From an uncultured virus (IMG/VR IMGVR_UViG_3300031758_000053) (Duplodnaviria > Heunggongvirae > Uroviricota > Caudoviricetes), in the IMG/VR virus record IMGVR_UViG_3300031758_000053: DNA of 64,000 nucleotides; one strand, written 5' to 3'. Positions 19,067 to 27,914 of the stretch are shown here, one piece after another (position 1 is the first letter of the stretch; every line of letters starts with the position of its first letter). The notes under the pieces were generated by a model that saw nothing but the letters and a program-made list of their open reading frames with translations, had not been told where the DNA came from and did not search any database. The position numbers and the translations under genes are program-made.

Positions 19067-19797
19067 TAGAACCGCAAATCGTCACCACCTTTGACGCGGG
19101 GTATCACAACAAAGACCTTGCGTTGTCGGTCAAGCGGCTGGAGAAGTCTGCTGCTTACAAAGATCTGTCCACGATCATTGTGATCCCGGCGTTGGGGACG
19201 TTGCCCACGAAGGTGGCAGCGAGCTTCATGAACCTGTACAGCCCGCCCAACCAGAAACGGGTGGTGCTGTGGGCGCTAGGCCAAGAGGTGGGTGAGGCGT
19301 ACTCCCGGTGCATTGAGATGATTCTTGAGCACCCTGAGCTTTCACAGTTCAAGTACGTGCTAACGATGGAGCACGACAATCTGCCTCCGCCTGATGGGCA
19401 CCTGCGTCTATTGCAAACGGCAGAAGCACATCCTGAGTACGATTGCATCGGCGGGCTGTACTGGACCAAGGGTGAAGGCGGGCAGCCCCAGATTTGGGGC
19501 AACCCCAAGGAGCCGCTGAACTTCAAGCCAATTCCTCCTGATCCTAAGGGCGGACTGGTAGAGTGCGTAGGCACCGGCATGGGGTTCAACCTCTTCCGCC
19601 TTGAGATGTTTAAGGACAAGAAGCTGCGCAAGCCTTGGTTTAAGACGCAAGCGGATTCCGGTGGTGTTGCAACGCAGGATCTCTACTTCTGGGGAGATGC
19701 GTTTAAGCACGGCCACAAAGCAGCGATTGACTGCTCTGTCCGAGTAGGTCACTATGACTACGAGGGCAAGTTTGGACAGCCGGACACGATATGGTGA
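19063..19797 (+). CDS. GT-A fold (GT2-like) glycosyltransferase
   Basis: IIVIP, YVLTMEHD (DxD position), IGGLY, GMGFNLFR..F, PWF, QDLYF, IDCSVRVGH. Confidence 0.72.
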   Translation: MIEPQIVTTFDAGYHNKDLALSVKRLEKSAAYKDLSTIIVIPALGTLPTKVAASFMNLYSPPNQKRVVLWALGQEVGEAYSRCIEMILEHPELSQFKYVLTMEHDNLPPPDGHLRLLQTAEAHPEYDCIGGLYWTKGEGGQPQIWGNPKEPLNFKPIPPDPKGGLVECVGTGMGFNLFRLEMFKDKKLRKPWFKTQADSGGVATQDLYFWGDAFKHGHKAAIDCSVRVGHYDYEGKFGQPDTIW

Positions 19798-20330
19798 CAA
19801 AAGCAAAACCGTTGGTCAAACTTGATCTAGCTTGCGGCGACCGCAAGACAGAGGGTTTTATTGGCGTAGACAAGTACAAGACCCCCAGCGTGGACAAAGT
19901 CGTTGACTTGATGAAGCCGCGTTGGCCCTGGAAAGACAACTCAGTTGATGAGGTTGTCTGCAGCCACTTCTTTGAGCACATCCCTGGTTTGCAGCGTCCA
20001 GCCTTTATGGACGAGCTTTACCGGATCATGAAGAAGGGCGCGAAGGCCACCATCGTTGTGCCGTTTGGTGGATCGGTAAGGTCTGCGCAAGACTTCACGC
20101 ACGCATGGCCTCCGGTGTTTGCGGAGTCGTTCCTGTACTTCAACAAGAAGTGGCGGGAAGATAACAAGCTGACGCACGGCCAGTACGACATCAAGTGCGA
20201 TTTTGACTTTGGGTACGGTTTTGCCCTGTCAGAAGAATGGTCCTTGCGTGCGCAGGAAGCACAGTCTTTTGCGTTGAAGCACTACACCAATGTGGCGTCT
20301 GATCTCCATGTAACGCTGACCAAGCGCTAG
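19791..20330 (+). CDS. class I SAM-dependent methyltransferase
   Basis: LDLACG..GFIGVD..DL..WPW.DNSVDEV..SHFFEH..YRIMKKGA. Confidence 0.85.
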   Translation: MVTKAKPLVKLDLACGDRKTEGFIGVDKYKTPSVDKVVDLMKPRWPWKDNSVDEVVCSHFFEHIPGLQRPAFMDELYRIMKKGAKATIVVPFGGSVRSAQDFTHAWPPVFAESFLYFNKKWREDNKLTHGQYDIKCDFDFGYGFALSEEWSLRAQEAQSFALKHYTNVASDLHVTLTKR

Positions 20331-20339
20331 GAGTAGGCC

Positions 20340-21893
20340 GTGGCCGCTGCTTTTCAAAGTAATGCGTTTCAGAACAACGCATTCCAGGCAGATGCCGGTG
20401 GCGCAAACATTGATTTTGATGCCGCAGCAGGTCTGTTCACGTACAGTGGACAGAACGCAACTCTTGCTGCCGCCAGAAACCTAAACGCCGAAGCTGGCTC
20501 TTTTACTTACACTGGTCAGGCTGCCACACTCCAGGCAGCCAGATCGGTCAATGCTGAAGCAGGCTCGTTCTCGTACACGGGTCAGAACGCAACGCTTCAG
20601 GCAGCAAAATCCATCAATGCTGAAGCTGGCGCGTTCTCATACGCAGGCCAAGCTGCAACGCTCACAGCAACCCGCAGCATCAATGCAGAAGCGGGTTCTT
20701 TTGCATACACCGGGCAAGCCGCAACTCTACAAGCGGCACGCAATGTAAACGCTGAAGCGGGAACATTTGCATACACCGGCCAAGATGCTACGCTTACGGC
20801 GGCACGTAGTGTTAACGCTGAATCTGGTGCGTTTACATACACCGGTCAAGACGCCAGCCTTACAGCAACGCGGAGCCTTAACGCCGAAGCGGGTTCGTTT
20901 GCGTATACAGGCCAAGACGCAAATTTCACGGCCACACGCAGCCTCAATGCTGAAGTTGGCACCTTTGCCTACACAGGCCAAGACGCCGCCTTCATCTATG
21001 TACAAGCCAAGGGACTTGATGCCCAGGCTGGGACATTTACATACACGGGCCAAGACGCCACATTGGCGCAGACCCGCAGCCTGAACGCTGAAGCAGGAAC
21101 ATTTAGCTACACAGGTCAGAACGCCACGCTTTCAGCGGGCCGTGTTGTAAACGCTGAGTCCGGAGCGTTCACATACACCGGCCAAGATGCAGCGTTTCTG
21201 CTCGGGCTAGTTATCAACGCGGAAGCTGGCTCCTTTGCCTACACGGGCCAGGACGCAAGTCTTGTAGCAAACCGTAGTGTCGATGCACAAGCCGGGACGT
21301 TCACCTACACCGGTCAAGATGCAACGCTACAGGCCGCCAAGAACCTCAACGCAGAGGCTGGCAGTTTTGCGTACACAGGTCAGGACGCCACGCTGCAGAC
21401 TGATCGGGTCGTTAATGCGGAAGCTGGAGCGTTTACATATACAGGCCAGGATGCGTCGCTCATAGCATCGCGCAGCCTTAACGCCGAAGCCGGTATTTTT
21501 GTTTACACCGGTCAAGACGCCGTTTTTAACGTCTCTCGGGTTGTCGATGCACAGCCTGGATCGTTTGACTATCTAGGCCAGCCTGCCACGTTCTCGCGCA
21601 CGAACCAGATCAACGCCGAAGCAGGCGCGTTTGGTGAAGCCAATCCATATGTGGAACCAGGGTACGTTGACCCGTACTATTCCACCAACCTGACAGCGGC
21701 GCTTGGCTATGGCAGGATGTTCAACGCTGAGGCCGGTGCCTTTGCGTATCTGGGTCAAGATGCAACTTTTATCAAAGCCTTCTTATTCCCTCCAGAAGAG
21801 GACGTAAAAGCAGGTGTTGTCTATGGCCCAGGCGGTATCTACACGGGCACTTACGCACCTGCAGGCAGAGCCATCTTTATATTTGACGACTAA
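20340..21893 (+). CDS. repeat fibre protein, about 19 copies of a 22-aa unit
   Basis: Unit NAEAG.F.YTGQ.A.L...R.; N-terminal AFQxNAFQxNAFQ. Confidence 0.8.
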   Translation: MAAAFQSNAFQNNAFQADAGGANIDFDAAAGLFTYSGQNATLAAARNLNAEAGSFTYTGQAATLQAARSVNAEAGSFSYTGQNATLQAAKSINAEAGAFSYAGQAATLTATRSINAEAGSFAYTGQAATLQAARNVNAEAGTFAYTGQDATLTAARSVNAESGAFTYTGQDASLTATRSLNAEAGSFAYTGQDANFTATRSLNAEVGTFAYTGQDAAFIYVQAKGLDAQAGTFTYTGQDATLAQTRSLNAEAGTFSYTGQNATLSAGRVVNAESGAFTYTGQDAAFLLGLVINAEAGSFAYTGQDASLVANRSVDAQAGTFTYTGQDATLQAAKNLNAEAGSFAYTGQDATLQTDRVVNAEAGAFTYTGQDASLIASRSLNAEAGIFVYTGQDAVFNVSRVVDAQPGSFDYLGQPATFSRTNQINAEAGAFGEANPYVEPGYVDPYYSTNLTAALGYGRMFNAEAGAFAYLGQDATFIKAFLFPPEEDVKAGVVYGPGGIYTGTYAPAGRAIFIFDD

Positions 21894-21933
21894 CACAACA
21901 TGAGTAGAATCGCAAGAACATCTGGAGGCCGCA

Positions 21934-22188
21934 ATGGCTAAGTCCCCTGCTTGGCAGCGCAAAGAAGGCAAGTCTGAAGCCGGTGGCCTCAACGCCAAGG
22001 GCCGTGCCTCTTACAACCGTGCCAACCCAGGTAAGCCCGGCTTAAAGGCTCCTCAACCCGAGGGCGGCCCTCGCAAGAAATCATTCTGCTCCAGAATGAC
22101 CGGAATGAAGAACAAGCTGACTTCCGAGAAGACAGCCAAAGATCCCAATTCTCGTATCAACAAGAGCCTGCGGGCGTGGAACTGCTGA
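21934..22188 (+). CDS. small basic phage protein (DUF6321-like, tentative)
   Basis: PAWQRKEGK..GGLNAKGRASY..RKKSFCSRM..DPNSRINKSLR.W.C; GGAGG SD. Confidence 0.7.
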   Translation: MAKSPAWQRKEGKSEAGGLNAKGRASYNRANPGKPGLKAPQPEGGPRKKSFCSRMTGMKNKLTSEKTAKDPNSRINKSLRAWNC

Positions 22189-22195
22189 GTGGTTT

Positions 22196-22447
22196 ATGGA
22201 CGCTACGGTGTTGTGGAATCTCGTCTTGACGGTCCTGCTTGGCGCGGTGGCTTTCTTTATGTCAGCCAAGTTTAAGGAGCTTGATAGATTGTCTATTTTG
22301 CTCAACCGGACAAGAGAAGAAATTGCCCGTGACCATATTACGAGGTCTGAGTTTCGGGCAGACATGAAAGAATTGCTGGAGCGTTTTGACAGGATCGAAG
22401 CCAAGCTAGATACTCTGCGGAGCAAGCCAAATGCCGGTTCAGTCTGA
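22196..22447 (+). CDS. small protein with N-terminal TM helix and coiled coil
   Basis: Hydrophobic residues 5-22, then a charged helix. Confidence 0.7.
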   Translation: MDATVLWNLVLTVLLGAVAFFMSAKFKELDRLSILLNRTREEIARDHITRSEFRADMKELLERFDRIEAKLDTLRSKPNAGSV

Positions 22448-22766
22448 AAAGCAGCGCAGGTTTATGTACGCTTCACTCGCAGGCAAGACTGATGTCCCGC
22501 CCAGCGTAGCGAAGAAGTTTGTTGGTCCCAAAGCACATGCCGAAGGAGGCACCGTGAAAAAAGAATCCCCCGCGATGATGAAGAAGGAAGTGGCCTTCAT
22601 GAAGAAGAAGGGCGCTCCTAAGGCCATGATCAAGCATGAGATGGCTGAAGCCAAGACCAAGAAGATGTCAAGTGGCGGTTTTACCCGCGCAGCCGATGGC
22701 GTTGCGAAGCACGGCAAGACCCAAGGCAAGATGATCAAGATGGCAATGGGCGGCAAAGCCTGCTAA
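22431..22766 (+). CDS. small basic protein with GG/GKT tag
   Basis: HAEGG, MSSGG..DGVAKHGKTQGKMI, MAMGG. Confidence 0.7.
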   Translation: MPVQSEKQRRFMYASLAGKTDVPPSVAKKFVGPKAHAEGGTVKKESPAMMKKEVAFMKKKGAPKAMIKHEMAEAKTKKMSSGGFTRAADGVAKHGKTQGKMIKMAMGGKAC

Positions 22767-22775
22767 GGAGCAATC

Positions 22776-22985
22776 ATGGATTACGCAGCAGAATCTAAGC
22801 GCGAAGTTGAGTCGCTGAAGAAGCGTCATCCCAAGAAGGGGATTGACCCAACGATTCCTGCCGGAATCCGTGAAATGCTTGTAGACAAGCAAAAGAGCGC
22901 TTTGACGCCAGATTCCAAGTACGCCAAGGGCGGCAAGATCGATGGCTGCGCCCAGCGCGGCAAGACTCGTGGGAAGGTGGTGTGA
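22776..22985 (+). CDS. small basic protein with GG/RGKT tag
   Basis: AAGGAG SD; ends YAKGGKIDGCAQRGKTRGKVV. Confidence 0.7.
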   Translation: MDYAAESKREVESLKKRHPKKGIDPTIPAGIREMLVDKQKSALTPDSKYAKGGKIDGCAQRGKTRGKVV

Positions 22986-22986
22986 A

Positions 22987-23385
22987 ATGGTGCTGCCATT
23001 GATTGGAAAGGCGCTTGCTCAGGGCGCAACAAAATACGCCGCCAAGCAAGCTGCTAAACAAACTGCCAAAGAAACGGCAGAGGAAGCTGCTGAACAAGCT
23101 GTTCCACAGGCTGCGAAAAAAGCCACACAATATTCGCCCGGTATGCCTGGGGCTCGCCGAACGGGTACGCGGGCAGCCAAGGACACAAAAGAACCCACAG
23201 AATACACGCCAGAAATGTCTGGTCGTTTGCGTTATCGGCAGCCCAGAGAAGATGAGTTTTTTGAAACTCGCACTCCGCGCATGAGCGATGATTACAAAAA
23301 GGGCGGTAACGTCAAAGGTTATGCAAAAGGCGGATCTATCGATGGATGCGCCAAGCGTGGGAAGACGAAAGGCAGGATCGTATGA
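22987..23385 (+). CDS. small basic protein with GG/RGKT tag
   Basis: Ends YAKGGSIDGCAKRGKTKGRIV; start trimmed to ATG 22987. Confidence 0.7.
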   Translation: MVLPLIGKALAQGATKYAAKQAAKQTAKETAEEAAEQAVPQAAKKATQYSPGMPGARRTGTRAAKDTKEPTEYTPEMSGRLRYRQPREDEFFETRTPRMSDDYKKGGNVKGYAKGGSIDGCAKRGKTKGRIV

Positions 23386-24257
23386 AGCGCCGTGTACGTA
23401 AATTTGCCGAAGGCGGCATGGAAGACTTTGAAGACAAAGCTCTTCCCAAGGCCAAGCCCCGTGATCTTGAGGACTTTGAAGACAAGGCCATGCCCAAGCG
23501 CTATTCGGCGCTTGATGCTCTTGCTTCGGGTGAAGAGAAGGGCAGCTTTGACCAAGATGTTTACGAGCGGGCAAAGCGCTTTGTAAACAAGCAAGCTGCA
23601 GCCCCAAAGGCTGCTGCCAAGGCTGCTCCTGCGCGTCCTGCTGCCCGTATGGATGCAGCGCCTGCCGGTCAGATCCCAGGGGCTGGCTCCTACACTGCTC
23701 CGCCTTCTGATGGCAGCCGGAGCATGAGCGACACAGAGCGCAACATCCTGAACACGCTCGGTGGTGTTTCTGGGTTGTCAGGTCTGCGTATGGCTGCCCG
23801 TGGCGCACAAGCCGCTAAGCCAACTGGCCGCGCATTGGCAACCACCGAAACTCCTGTGACGTTCTTGGGCGCTTCTGGCCGTCGCAATGTCACGCCCGCT
23901 GAGCGGGTTGGTGTAAACAAGATGGACAGGCTTGAAGGCCCGAAGTCTGGTACGCCGGTCAAGGGTGGCGATAGCCCGAAGCAGTTGCCTCCTGCAAAAG
24001 CTAATGTGACTCGCCGTCGGATTGGTTCCGAGACGCCGTCTCCTGCCATTGCCAAGGGCCGTGCTGAAGCTATGGAGGCTAACAAGCCCATCATGCAAGC
24101 CACGCCCAAGAAGAAGTCTCCTCGCTCTCGCACACGGGATGAGGACACGGACTACGAACTCCGCGCTCGTGGTGGCCGGGTTGGCTATGCCAAAGGTGGA
24201 CAAGTACGTGGTGGCGGCTGTGAAATGCGCGGCAAAACTAAAGGCAGGATGGTGTAA
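23382..24257 (+). CDS. low-complexity basic protein with GG/RGKT tag
   Basis: ATGA-coupled; begins MKRRVRKFAEGG, ends YAKGGQVRGGGCEMRGKTKGRMV. Confidence 0.7.
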   Translation: MKRRVRKFAEGGMEDFEDKALPKAKPRDLEDFEDKAMPKRYSALDALASGEEKGSFDQDVYERAKRFVNKQAAAPKAAAKAAPARPAARMDAAPAGQIPGAGSYTAPPSDGSRSMSDTERNILNTLGGVSGLSGLRMAARGAQAAKPTGRALATTETPVTFLGASGRRNVTPAERVGVNKMDRLEGPKSGTPVKGGDSPKQLPPAKANVTRRRIGSETPSPAIAKGRAEAMEANKPIMQATPKKKSPRSRTRDEDTDYELRARGGRVGYAKGGQVRGGGCEMRGKTKGRMV

Positions 24258-24259
24258 AC

Positions 24260-24523
24260 ATGCGCCAAAGTCGTGGTATGGGTGCTATCCGCCCGGAACT
24301 TAAGAAGCGTCGTGACAATACGGACTTCCTCCAAGATGGAAAGCGTCATGCCCGCCGCGACAACACGGATTTCACCGAGTATGCCTCTGGCGGTCTCTAC
24401 GAAAACATCTACGCAAAGCGTAAACGCATTGCCGCTGGATCAGGTGAAAAGATGCGTAAACCGGGTTCTCCCGGCGCTCCTACTGCCAAAGCCTTCAAGC
24501 GTTCCGCGTTGACAGCAAAGTAA
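24260..24523 (+). CDS. small basic protein
   Basis: MRQSRGMGAI, duplicated RRDNTDF, YASGGLYENI.AKRKRI..GSGEKMRKPG. Confidence 0.68.
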   Translation: MRQSRGMGAIRPELKKRRDNTDFLQDGKRHARRDNTDFTEYASGGLYENIYAKRKRIAAGSGEKMRKPGSPGAPTAKAFKRSALTAK

Positions 24524-24526
24524 ATC

Positions 24527-25222
24527 ATGGCAACCTCCGGCACCACTACGTTTAATCTCGACCTCAACGAAGCTGTTGAAGAAGCCTTTGAGCGTTGTGG
24601 TGCTGAGTTGCGCACGGGCTACGACCTGAAGACCGCCCGTCGATCCCTGAACCTGCTGTTCGCAGACTGGGCGAACCGTGGCATCAATATGTGGACCATT
24701 GAGCAGGGCCAACAAGTCCTGACTCCTGGCACAGCCACATACACGCTCCCCTCTGACACGGTAGACCTGATTGAGCATGTGATCCGTACGGGCGCGGGTA
24801 ACGTCTCCACGCAGACGGACCTGACCATCACGCGCATCAGTGTTTCCACCTACTCGTCCATCCCGAACAAACTGCAGCAGGCAAGGCCGATTCAGGTGTG
24901 GATCAACCGCCAGCAGCCTGCTCCAACCATCACTGTTTGGCCCACGCCAGACAACTCGCAGACCTACACGTTCGTCTACTGGCGACTGCGCCGGATTCAA
25001 GACGCTGGGGCTGGTGGTGTGTACACGCAAGACATCCCGTTCCGTTTCCTCAATGCGTTGGTCTCCGGGCTTGCGTACTACCTGTCCATGAAGATCCCTG
25101 GTGCGATGGAGCGTATGCAAGTGCTAAAGGCGCAGTACGACCAAGATTGGGATCTGGCTAGTTCCGAGGACCGTGAGAAGGCAGCCATTCGGCTGGTCCC
25201 AAGAGAGATGTTTATCAGTTAA
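24527..25222 (+). CDS. head-tail adaptor / tail tubular A-like protein
   Basis: MATSGT..F.LD....EEAFER.G....GYDL..ARRSLNL...W.N.G; WP.PD; position. Confidence 0.7.
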   Translation: MATSGTTTFNLDLNEAVEEAFERCGAELRTGYDLKTARRSLNLLFADWANRGINMWTIEQGQQVLTPGTATYTLPSDTVDLIEHVIRTGAGNVSTQTDLTITRISVSTYSSIPNKLQQARPIQVWINRQQPAPTITVWPTPDNSQTYTFVYWRLRRIQDAGAGGVYTQDIPFRFLNALVSGLAYYLSMKIPGAMERMQVLKAQYDQDWDLASSEDREKAAIRLVPREMFIS

Positions 25223-25260
25223 TTAGCCAGTTTATCGTCGCAAGATAAACTCCCTAAACT

Positions 25261-25692
25261 ATGTCAAACCGCTTCGCAAATGGTGCCAAGGCCTTCGGGT
25301 TCTGTGATCTTTGCGGTTTTCGTTTTGACCTGAAGAAGCTCAAGAACCTCACGGTAAAGACCAAGCAGACTCAGATCAAGGCCTGCCCTCAGTGCTGGAC
25401 TCCGGATCAGCCGCAGTTGCAGCTTGGGATGTATCCGGTTAGTGACCCACAAGCAATCAGAGATCCACGCCCAGACACAAACACTTGGTTTGCATCAGGT
25501 AATACAGGTCTTCAGGTTGATCCCACGCCCGGTACAGGTGTGCTGCAAGACGGTTTCCCTGGAGAGGGCAGCCGTGTAATTGAGTGGGGTTGGGCTCCAA
25601 TAGGCGGATCTAGTGGGTTTGATGCACCCTTGACACCGAATAGCTTGGTTGGCGTGGGATATGTTGGTACAGTCGCGGTATCTACCGCTTAA
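25261..25692 (+). CDS. CxxC-CxxC protein
   Basis: CDLCG...CPQCW...PQ...DPQA.R.PRPD. Confidence 0.68.
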   Translation: MSNRFANGAKAFGFCDLCGFRFDLKKLKNLTVKTKQTQIKACPQCWTPDQPQLQLGMYPVSDPQAIRDPRPDTNTWFASGNTGLQVDPTPGTGVLQDGFPGEGSRVIEWGWAPIGGSSGFDAPLTPNSLVGVGYVGTVAVSTA

Positions 25693-25698
25693 GGAGCG

Positions 25699-25863
25699 AT
25701 GATGAAAGATGTTCACAAGCACGAACGTGCAATGCACCCCGGCAAGCCGATGACCAAGCTCGCCAAGGGCGGGAAAGCCTTCAAAAAGGGTGGTCCCACC
25801 TCTGAGGACCGCATGCGCCTGGGCAAGAATATGTCCCGCGCCATGAACCAGAAGACGGGCTGA
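25699..25863 (+). CDS. 54-aa basic protein with LAKGG/FKKGG
   Basis: Not in ORF track; AAGGAG SD; MMKDVHKHERAMHPGKPMTKLAKGGKAFKKGG...GKNMSRAMNQKTG. Confidence 0.62.
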   Translation: MMKDVHKHERAMHPGKPMTKLAKGGKAFKKGGPTSEDRMRLGKNMSRAMNQKTG

Positions 25864-25867
25864 CACC

Positions 25868-26062
25868 ATGCTGCCGACCAAGAAGCTCGCCCCCGCTAAG
25901 CCGGGGCAACCTCAAGAGATCGAAACCCTCAAGGACGAGATCTGCATGGTGGTGGGCAACATCGCTATGGGCAAGCCTTCTGCTGCCAAAACCTCGGGCA
26001 TCAAGATCCGTGGGACTGGCGCTGCCACCAAGGGCACGATGGCTAGGGGTCCGATGGCATGA
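25868..26062 (+). CDS. small basic protein
   Basis: Ends IRGTGAATKGTMARGPMA, a variant of the RG.G.A.KG tag. Confidence 0.65.
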   Translation: MLPTKKLAPAKPGQPQEIETLKDEICMVVGNIAMGKPSAAKTSGIKIRGTGAATKGTMARGPMA

Positions 26063-26709
26063 ACTACACCGAGTTGAAGACCGCTGTTGAGGACTACACC
26101 GAGAACACGTTCTCGGCAACCGACTTCGCCACGATGACGGAGTTGGCTGAGCAGCGCATCTACAACTCGGTGCAGCTTCCTGCACTTCGCAAGAACGTCA
26201 CAGGCACTCTGACGGCAGGCAATCAGTACCTCGCCGCCCCAGTGGACTTCCTGTCCGTCTTCAGCCTCGCGGTCATTGATGCTTTGGGTAACTACGAATA
26301 CTTGTTGAACAAGGATGTCAACTTTATTCGCTCATCGTTTCCAAACCCGACAACGACCGGGACGCCCAAGTACTACGCTTTGTTTGGTCCTGACTCGTCG
26401 AACATCACGGACCTGACGCTCATTCTCGGCCCCACGCCGAACGCAGGACTGACCGCAGAACTGCACTACTTCTACTACCCGCAGAGCATCGTGACTGCCG
26501 GTACGTCTTGGTTGGGCGACAACTTTGACTCAGTGCTGTTCAATGCCGTCATGGTCGAAGCAGCGCGGTTCATGAAGCAAGAGGTGGATCTCGTGGCTGA
26601 GATGGACAAGCAGTACGTCCAGTCCCTGACGCTGCTGAAGAACCTGGGCGACGGCAAGAACCGTCAAGACGCATACCGCAGCGGCCAACTCAGAACGCAG
26701 GTGCTTTGA
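26059..26709 (+). CDS. head-tail adaptor-like structural protein
   Basis: MNYTELKTAV.DY.E...AE.RI..., G.PKYYA, GPTP..YFYYP. Confidence 0.7.
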   Translation: MNYTELKTAVEDYTENTFSATDFATMTELAEQRIYNSVQLPALRKNVTGTLTAGNQYLAAPVDFLSVFSLAVIDALGNYEYLLNKDVNFIRSSFPNPTTTGTPKYYALFGPDSSNITDLTLILGPTPNAGLTAELHYFYYPQSIVTAGTSWLGDNFDSVLFNAVMVEAARFMKQEVDLVAEMDKQYVQSLTLLKNLGDGKNRQDAYRSGQLRTQVL

Positions 26710-26710
26710 G

Positions 26711-27127
26711 ATGGCACTCTTCCAAACACTGTGTTCATCGTTTAAGCAGGAATCATGGCAGGGCGTCCATGACTTGGACACCGACACGCTTAAGCTGGCC
26801 CTGTACACCAGCCTTGCTGATCTTGGTGCTGCAACGACTGTTTACACCACAACGCAAGAAGTTGTGGGCACAGGGTACACGGCGGGCGGCATAGTGCTGA
26901 CAAATGTCCAAGTGCTGCTCAGTGGCACGACGGCATATGCAACCTTTGATAACCCAACATGGGCTGGGGTAAGTTTTGTCACCCGTGGTGGTTTGATTTA
27001 CAACTTCTCCAAGTCTGATAAAGCAATAGCTGTCTTAGACTTCGGTGCTGACAAAACCGCTGGGCCCAACTTCACGGTCCAGCTTCCGGTCGCAACCGCG
27101 ACAACCGCGCTCCTTCGATTTAGCTAA
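26711..27127 (+). CDS. virion appendage protein (DTLKLALY...GYTAGG family)
   Basis: SFK.E...G.HD...DT.KLALY..GYTAGG..LIYN..AIAVLDFG.DK. Confidence 0.7.
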   Translation: MALFQTLCSSFKQESWQGVHDLDTDTLKLALYTSLADLGAATTVYTTTQEVVGTGYTAGGIVLTNVQVLLSGTTAYATFDNPTWAGVSFVTRGGLIYNFSKSDKAIAVLDFGADKTAGPNFTVQLPVATATTALLRFS

Positions 27128-27136
27128 GGACTGATC

Positions 27137-27718
27137 ATGGCAAGTGAAAACGCAAAATCTCAAGACCTCGTTGCTTCTGCTTTGGCTTCCGTCAAAGAGT
27201 CCATCGATGGCGCAAAGGCTGGCGGTGTATACCGCATGGAATGCATTGGCCCGGACGGTAACGTCAAGTGGACCGCCGAGTGCCCGAACCTTGTGGTGAA
27301 CGTCGGCTTGCAAGACATGAACGCCAAGTACTTCAGTGGCAGTACTTATACCGCTACGTGGTTCATTGGCCTGTATGGCGCTGGTGCATCCAACACACCC
27401 GCAGCGGGTGACACCGCCGCTTCGCACGCTGGCTGGACTGAGGTGGTGCCTTACAGCAATGCCACTCGCCCTGCGGCAACTTTTGGAACCGCGACTACCG
27501 CTGACCCGTCTGTGATCAGCAACTCTGGCTCCCCTGCCGCGTTCTCCATCAACGCCACGGCGACGGTGGGTGGGGCTTTCCTAATTAGCAATAGCACCAA
27601 GAGCGGAACTACTGGCATCCTGTTTTCGGCGTCTGACTTCCAGTCGCCTGGGGATCGTTCAGTTGCCTCTGGTGACACGCTAAACGTCACCTACACGTTC
27701 AACCTTGATGCTGTTTAA
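27137..27718 (+). CDS. structural protein
   Basis: W....NLVVNVG..GWTE..Y..RP..GDTL.VTY. Confidence 0.7.
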   Translation: MASENAKSQDLVASALASVKESIDGAKAGGVYRMECIGPDGNVKWTAECPNLVVNVGLQDMNAKYFSGSTYTATWFIGLYGAGASNTPAAGDTAASHAGWTEVVPYSNATRPAATFGTATTADPSVISNSGSPAAFSINATATVGGAFLISNSTKSGTTGILFSASDFQSPGDRSVASGDTLNVTYTFNLDAV

Positions 27719-27731
27719 GGAGTAGTAAGTC

Positions 27732-27911
27732 ATGGCGTACAGAAAAGGTGACACCCTCAAGGTCAAAGCGGTTATCCCAACTGGGCCTGTGCTGGCCTTG
27801 CGCATGAGCGAGGATGGCGACATCTCCTACTTGCTGGAGTGGGTGGATCTAGAGGGTGAAACCCAACAGCGTTGGTTTCGCGAAGAAGAGTTGGAGCCTG
27901 CGGGGGCTTAA
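27732..27911 (+). CDS. 59-aa SH3-like small protein
   Basis: Not in ORF track; AAGGAG SD; MAYRKGDTLKVK...YLLEW...QRWFREEEL. Confidence 0.62.
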   Translation: MAYRKGDTLKVKAVIPTGPVLALRMSEDGDISYLLEWVDLEGETQQRWFREEELEPAGA

Positions 27912-27914
27912 TGA

